From positions 64,001 through 128,000 of the forward strand of contig JAPDJY010000039.1 in assembly GCA_029258835.1 (NCBI GenBank): DNA of 64,000 bases, written 5' to 3'. Positions 59,709-64,000 of this stretch are shown here, piece after piece; positions within the stretch are counted from its first letter, which is position 1, and each line of letters begins with the position of its first letter. The position numbers and the translations under genes are program-made. A model generated the notes under the pieces. That model was not told the DNA's origin. It worked only from the letters and a program-made list of their open reading frames with translations, and ran no database searches. Source of the DNA: Thermoproteota archaeon (lineage in GTDB: Archaea > Asgardarchaeota > Jordiarchaeia > Jordiarchaeales > Freyrarchaeaceae).

Positions 59709-61343
59709 TTATTCCGCAGCATCCTTAAGTCGCTGTACAAGCCAATCTTTGTCTAGTAATGTGATAAACGACGCAAGCCGAGGGCCATACCTTCTGCCAA
59801 GAAGGACTAAGTAAATGGTTTCAAAAAATAAACGTGAACCTAAACCGCTTTCCTCCTTAGCAAGCTTATAAAGCTCCTGCTCCAGCTCGCTTTCGGTGAA
59901 CGACTTGGAGCTGAGACGTTGAGCTAAAAGCTTGAGAGCGTGCTTCTGCCCGTCTGTCAAGTTCTTCTTAATATCTTCGGGAAGCGTAGTAAGAACACGG
60001 ATTTTCACCCTTTCAGGGGCATACTTTTTGAGCCAATTTTCCGCCCTTCTAAGCCGCCCTTCGATCCTCCTCAATTCAAAATCATTTAGATCTCTAACAA
60101 GCAAACCCGTGTTTTTAAGGCGTTCAATAGCCGTCTGGAGAAGGAAGTCCTTCGGTAGCACCTGGACTAAAGTTACAGCATGACTATATTTAAGCTGAAA
60201 CGGCATGATCTCTGGGATCTCGCCCATCTGAGCTAGTTCGTAGCTTCTCACTATTTCAAAACGCTCTTTGTCCTGCTCTACGTCTTCTACTCCATAAAAA
60301 ACGCGTTCTGCATGATCATAAATGTCAGAGTAGTCAGGTATCTTAAGAGGGTCAATTATTATGCGTTTCATCGGTTTATTTTTCAAGCAGAGATACCTAA
60401 AAACTTCCGGCTCAGCCACAGACACCCAATCCTCAGGGGTAATCCCTTTAAAGTCACTGGAACCCATGTCGCCTAACTCTTTTCCGCCGTAAGCTAAGGC
60501 AACCCATTCGTAGGGAAGCCCATAGGGAGGCTTACCATTAAAGAATTCTCGCATGAGTTCAACGCAGCTATCCCTAGAGCCGCCAGGAGTTGCATGGTCT
60601 TTCCCGTAGGGTTCAAACTTAACATTCAAGGCAACCCATAAGGCAGCCCATTCCACCCTCCAGTTAAGCTTTCCCAACTCTATCCTTGACCAGCCGTGAT
60701 CTCCGCAAGCGCCACACACGTATTCGACTCTATACGAATTAAGGTCAACGTTCAAGATGCGATGTGAACCAATAACCTTACACTTGTTACAGAGGGGTTC
60801 AAATGGAACCCATCCTTCAGGGTGGGGTTTCCTCCCGCGATACTTGTTAATAATTCTTCTGACATCATCTGACCGCAGAAACACTTCCTTAACGATTGCT
60901 CTCATGGATTCTCTTCTATAAAGCTCCGTCGTAGTGACAACGTGGACGTCTAATGCAAAATCATCGAGATAAGCGCCAAACGGCTCCCAGAAGTGGGTAA
61001 CCCAATCATCATGACATCCAAAGGGATCAGGTATATCTATTAAGCGGTGACCAACCAGCGACTTAGCAAACTCTTTATCGGGAAAAATTTCAACTTGGGG
61101 AGGTTTGCCCTTCCATTGATCTTGCGTGTAAAGGACCAGTACATGTTCAGCGTTCACTCCCTTCTTTAGCAGCTCTTCCTTAACGGTATTAGTAAGAATT
61201 ATTTCGCCGCGGAGGCGGCCTATGTGCTGGAGGCCGGATACTGAAAGGCCACAGCTGCAAACATAATTTTCTACTTTACCCCAGTAATTGAGTAGTTCTT
61301 CAACAGCATCATCAACCCAATGATGGAAGACCTTCTTAGTCAA
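59709..61343 (-). CDS. lysS: Lysyl-tRNA synthetase, class I
   Basis: SGLQHIG, GKLNWRVEW, FEPYGKDH, MGSS, GPRLA. Confidence 0.95.
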   Translation of the reverse strand: MTKKVFHHWVDDAVEELLNYWGKVENYVCSCGLSVSGLQHIGRLRGEIILTNTVKEELLKKGVNAEHVLVLYTQDQWKGKPPQVEIFPDKEFAKSLVGHRLIDIPDPFGCHDDWVTHFWEPFGAYLDDFALDVHVVTTTELYRRESMRAIVKEVFLRSDDVRRIINKYRGRKPHPEGWVPFEPLCNKCKVIGSHRILNVDLNSYRVEYVCGACGDHGWSRIELGKLNWRVEWAALWVALNVKFEPYGKDHATPGGSRDSCVELMREFFNGKPPYGLPYEWVALAYGGKELGDMGSSDFKGITPEDWVSVAEPEVFRYLCLKNKPMKRIIIDPLKIPDYSDIYDHAERVFYGVEDVEQDKERFEIVRSYELAQMGEIPEIMPFQLKYSHAVTLVQVLPKDFLLQTAIERLKNTGLLVRDLNDFELRRIEGRLRRAENWLKKYAPERVKIRVLTTLPEDIKKNLTDGQKHALKLLAQRLSSKSFTESELEQELYKLAKEESGLGSRLFFETIYLVLLGRRYGPRLASFITLLDKDWLVQRLKDAAE

Positions 61344-61608
61344 CTAAGCTCTCCTCCCAGAGAATTTAAAGGGAACTTTAAGAGGAAGGCAAGACTCGCC
61401 GATTAACTGAGGGATTTGCTAAGCCATAAAAGAAAAGAAACTTAAATAAATGTATATCTCATTTTACCCCAAATTAACTTCATGAGGCATAAAAATCGGC
61501 CTTCAGCAAGCTTTTTCTAAGACATAACGGGAGCTTATTCAACGTACATACTCCTTTAATTTAATTTAGATGGCTTAAGCGCTCCTGTGAATGGCCGTAT
61601 TTATCATA

Positions 61609-62787
61609 TCACCGAATATAGGGAGCACCTTCTAAGGAGTGAGCAACCCTTAACTCATGTAACTTCTCTTCAATAATCGAAAGAAGCGAGGATACGTCTT
61701 TTTTCTTAGCAGAGGTAAACGTCCATTTGAAATGGTTTAGTAAAGGAGACAGGAGGAAAGTTAACTGTAGCTTTCCATTGCTATCAAGCAAATCAGCTTT
61801 GTTCAGCGCAACTACCATCCGAGATTCGCTCACACCTATCTCTTTAAGAATGGCAAGCGACTCCTTAAGTTTAAGGTAAACGATGTCTGAGGGGTTGTCC
61901 AATCCGACAACTAGAACAACTAGATCCGCGGTTTTTAAATCCAGCAGGTTTAATTTAAACGAATCGATGAGCATAGGGTCCAAGTCAAGTACAAAACCAA
62001 TTGTATCCACAAAGAAGATCTTCTGACTTGACAAGCCGTTAAGTTGATATTTGCTTGAAAGTGTTGTGAAGGGAAAATCACATACAGGCCTATTTTCACC
62101 ACAAAGTACGTTAAAGAGAGAGGACTTACCTGCATTGTACATTCCACTCAGCACAACGGTAGGAATACCAAGCTTCGAACGCCTCTTAATCTGCTGCAAT
62201 TTCTCCCATGCAAGTCGGTCTATCTCTTGCCTAATGCGTTTCTCTCTCTTTTTGATCGCGTTAAGTTCACTATGAAATGCATACTCCCCCATAGATCGGA
62301 AGAATGGGTGTTCACGCCTGTACTTAAGTGAAGCTTGAAGTTTAAGAAACGGAGCAAGTTTCCTAAGCCGTGCATATTCAATTTGTAACTTAGAAACTTT
62401 ATCCCCTGCGGATGCATCAAAAATTAGAAGGGTAAGCTCGTACCTATCAAGCACGTCACATTCTAAGACATTCGAAATTGCCAATTTCTGGCGGCTAGAA
62501 AGAGAATTGTAAAAAATTACATGACCAGCCCGGTGGAGCTTCACAAGTTTCTTAAGCTCCTCAACCTTGCCTCTACCAATTAAAAAATTAGATTTAGGCT
62601 TAAGCCTGGTCTGAACAATGCGATCGACTATTTCAAAACCAGCAGCTACAGCCAGCCTTTCAAGCTCATCCAAATAGACCTTAAACAGGAAGTGGTCATG
62701 TGGATTGGTCTTCAACATGCAAAGGATGGCACGCTGACTTCTACCATGCGTAATCCCTTCACACCAAGGCATAGCCACACCATCCAT
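61609..62787 (-). CDS. hflX: HflX GTPase (divergent)
   Basis: IGRGKVEEL, DR..L.L.IF, KLQIEYARL, GMYNAGKSSL, DTIGF, NKAD. Confidence 0.85.
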   Translation of the reverse strand: MDGVAMPWCEGITHGRSQRAILCMLKTNPHDHFLFKVYLDELERLAVAAGFEIVDRIVQTRLKPKSNFLIGRGKVEELKKLVKLHRAGHVIFYNSLSSRQKLAISNVLECDVLDRYELTLLIFDASAGDKVSKLQIEYARLRKLAPFLKLQASLKYRREHPFFRSMGEYAFHSELNAIKKREKRIRQEIDRLAWEKLQQIKRRSKLGIPTVVLSGMYNAGKSSLFNVLCGENRPVCDFPFTTLSSKYQLNGLSSQKIFFVDTIGFVLDLDPMLIDSFKLNLLDLKTADLVVLVVGLDNPSDIVYLKLKESLAILKEIGVSESRMVVALNKADLLDSNGKLQLTFLLSPLLNHFKWTFTSAKKKDVSSLLSIIEEKLHELRVAHSLEGAPYIR

Positions 62788-63044
62788 AAATACACAGAAA
62801 AATTAAGAAAATAAAAACATGCCGAGTCATAAGCCCCGCAAAGGTAAAAAACGATAACAAGCATCTAAAAATGAACAACCTTAACATTTTGTTAAAAAAG
62901 GAAAATAGCCAACATAGGCCAACCCTCACGAAAACGAAGGGCCACCACCTAAAACTTAACAAGTAAACTTTAAAGGTAGAACCGCCTTATTTAAAAACAA
63001 GAATGCTAACGATCATTTGTAAAGAACATCAAGAGGCAAACTAA

Positions 63045-63458
63045 ATGAACAAGGAAGTTTTAGAAGAGTTCAAAGAAACGCTTGATGAATTAAAAGAATA
63101 CTCGAAGATGGGGATACCGATAATAGTCGAAGGGCAAAAGGACGAAGCAAGCCTTAGGGAGATAGGGATCACCGGGCCAATAATAACGATTTCAGGGATG
63201 AAATTATTGGAAATAGCAGAAATGCTTGAAAAAGAGGAAATCATAGTCCTCACAGACTTCGACAGAAGAGGAGATAAAATGGCATTAACAATCCTCTCCT
63301 ACAGGGTAGGAGACAGTACACTCACAAAGTACTTCAGAAGTAAAATAAGAAAGTTAAAAGCACACATAACACCATGCGTGGAGGGGTTCGCTAAAACATA
63401 CCTCAAAGCATGTAGAATGGAAAAAACATACAAGAACCCGTTTAGAAGGTTAAATTAG
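63045..63458 (+). CDS. Small TOPRIM-domain protein
   Basis: IIVEGQKD..SL, VLTDFDRRG; usual upstream neighbour of archaeal dnaG. Confidence 0.88.
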   Translation: MNKEVLEEFKETLDELKEYSKMGIPIIVEGQKDEASLREIGITGPIITISGMKLLEIAEMLEKEEIIVLTDFDRRGDKMALTILSYRVGDSTLTKYFRSKIRKLKAHITPCVEGFAKTYLKACRMEKTYKNPFRRLN

Positions 63459-63571
63459 GAACAAAAAATAGGAGGCTTTCATCTAAAAGAGAGTTAAGAG
63501 CACTAGTTAGTTACCGTCCACTCAATCATTTCCCAATAGGGTTATGTGTTAAATTGGGAGGTGAAGTTCAC

Positions 63572-64000
63572 ATGGCTAATCGAAATGAAGTTGGAACAAT
63601 AAAGTACATTATAAAGGCGAAGATAGAAGTAAACGGGGTGGTCGAGAAGCCTGACGTTATAGGCGCGATTTTTGGTCAAGTACGTTGAGCTCACCGCTCA
63701 CGTAGACCAATTAGAGGGGCTTCTCGGCTCTGAATTAGACCTTCGAGAGTTGCAACGTACGGGTAGGATAGGTAGGATAAGAGCGAACATTGAGACGCAC
63801 GGTGGGAAATCTGTAGGTGAGATTATTATTCCATCAAGTTTGGATAAGGTTGAAACAGCCATCCTTGCTGCGGCGCTTGAAACTATTGATAGAATTGGGC
63901 CGTGTAGTGCGAAGGTAAGTTTTGAGGCAATTGAAGACGTGAGGGAGAGTAAACGCAAGAAGATTATTGAGAGAGCGGTAGAAATTCTTAGGAGGTGGCC
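63572..64000 (+). CDS. dnaG: Archaeal DnaG (primase-like, exosome-associated), partial; spliced join(63572..63679,63711..>64000)
   Basis: [47 protein letters not shown]...[25 protein letters not shown]. Confidence 0.93.
63680..63710 (+). other. BHB-type intron (31 nt) in dnaG mRNA
   Basis: GGUC-AA|G-UACG U UGAGC(UCACC)GCUCA CGUA-GACC-AA|U; perfect central helix, 9-bp intron stem, in-frame TGA. Confidence 0.9.

Noticed and set aside
63680-63705. The dnaG insert looks spliceosomal (GTACGT...CTCAC.GTAG)
   Set aside because: GT-AG excision of 26 nt gives CAA ACC AAT TAG, a stop; only the 31-nt BHB cut restores the frame. Treated as coincidence.
1-64000. CRISPR arrays, rRNA genes, and the many antisense or overlapping short ORFs in the track
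   Set aside because: No repeat-spacer array or rRNA was seen; the short ORFs are shadows of well-supported genes or of tRNA-Ser.

Overview
Archaeal chromosome segment, most likely from a thermophilic Asgard archaeon. It carries Vps4 plus Vps25, a Rab-like small GTPase, OSTC/OST3-6-like and DPM2-like membrane proteins and Elf1, alongside core archaeal operons (psmA-SBDS-exosome-rpl37ae-Brix-pcc1-pfdB; dph2-METTL5-csl4-rpoL-tfs-rtcB; aCPSF1-cdc6-pelota). Main finding: four unrelated protein-coding genes (an Fe-S/CCG oxidoreductase subunit, ppsA, the Rab-like GTPase and dnaG) are each broken inside a conserved motif by a 19-32 nt insert. Each insert folds into a bulge-helix-bulge (BHB) tRNA-type splice structure, and cutting at the canonical endonuclease positions restores both reading frame and motif in all four cases. 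All four tRNA genes here also carry BHB-type introns (9 in total, none at the canonical 37/38 site, two tRNAs with three each), and the splicing ligase rtcB is in the window. This points to widespread endonuclease/RtcB-type mRNA splicing in an Asgard archaeon. Secondary observations: several conserved genes appear to start at ATT/ATA/ACG, there are two decayed tnpB elements, and there is a structured GC-rich non-coding element. All folds and alignments were done by eye; no database search was run.
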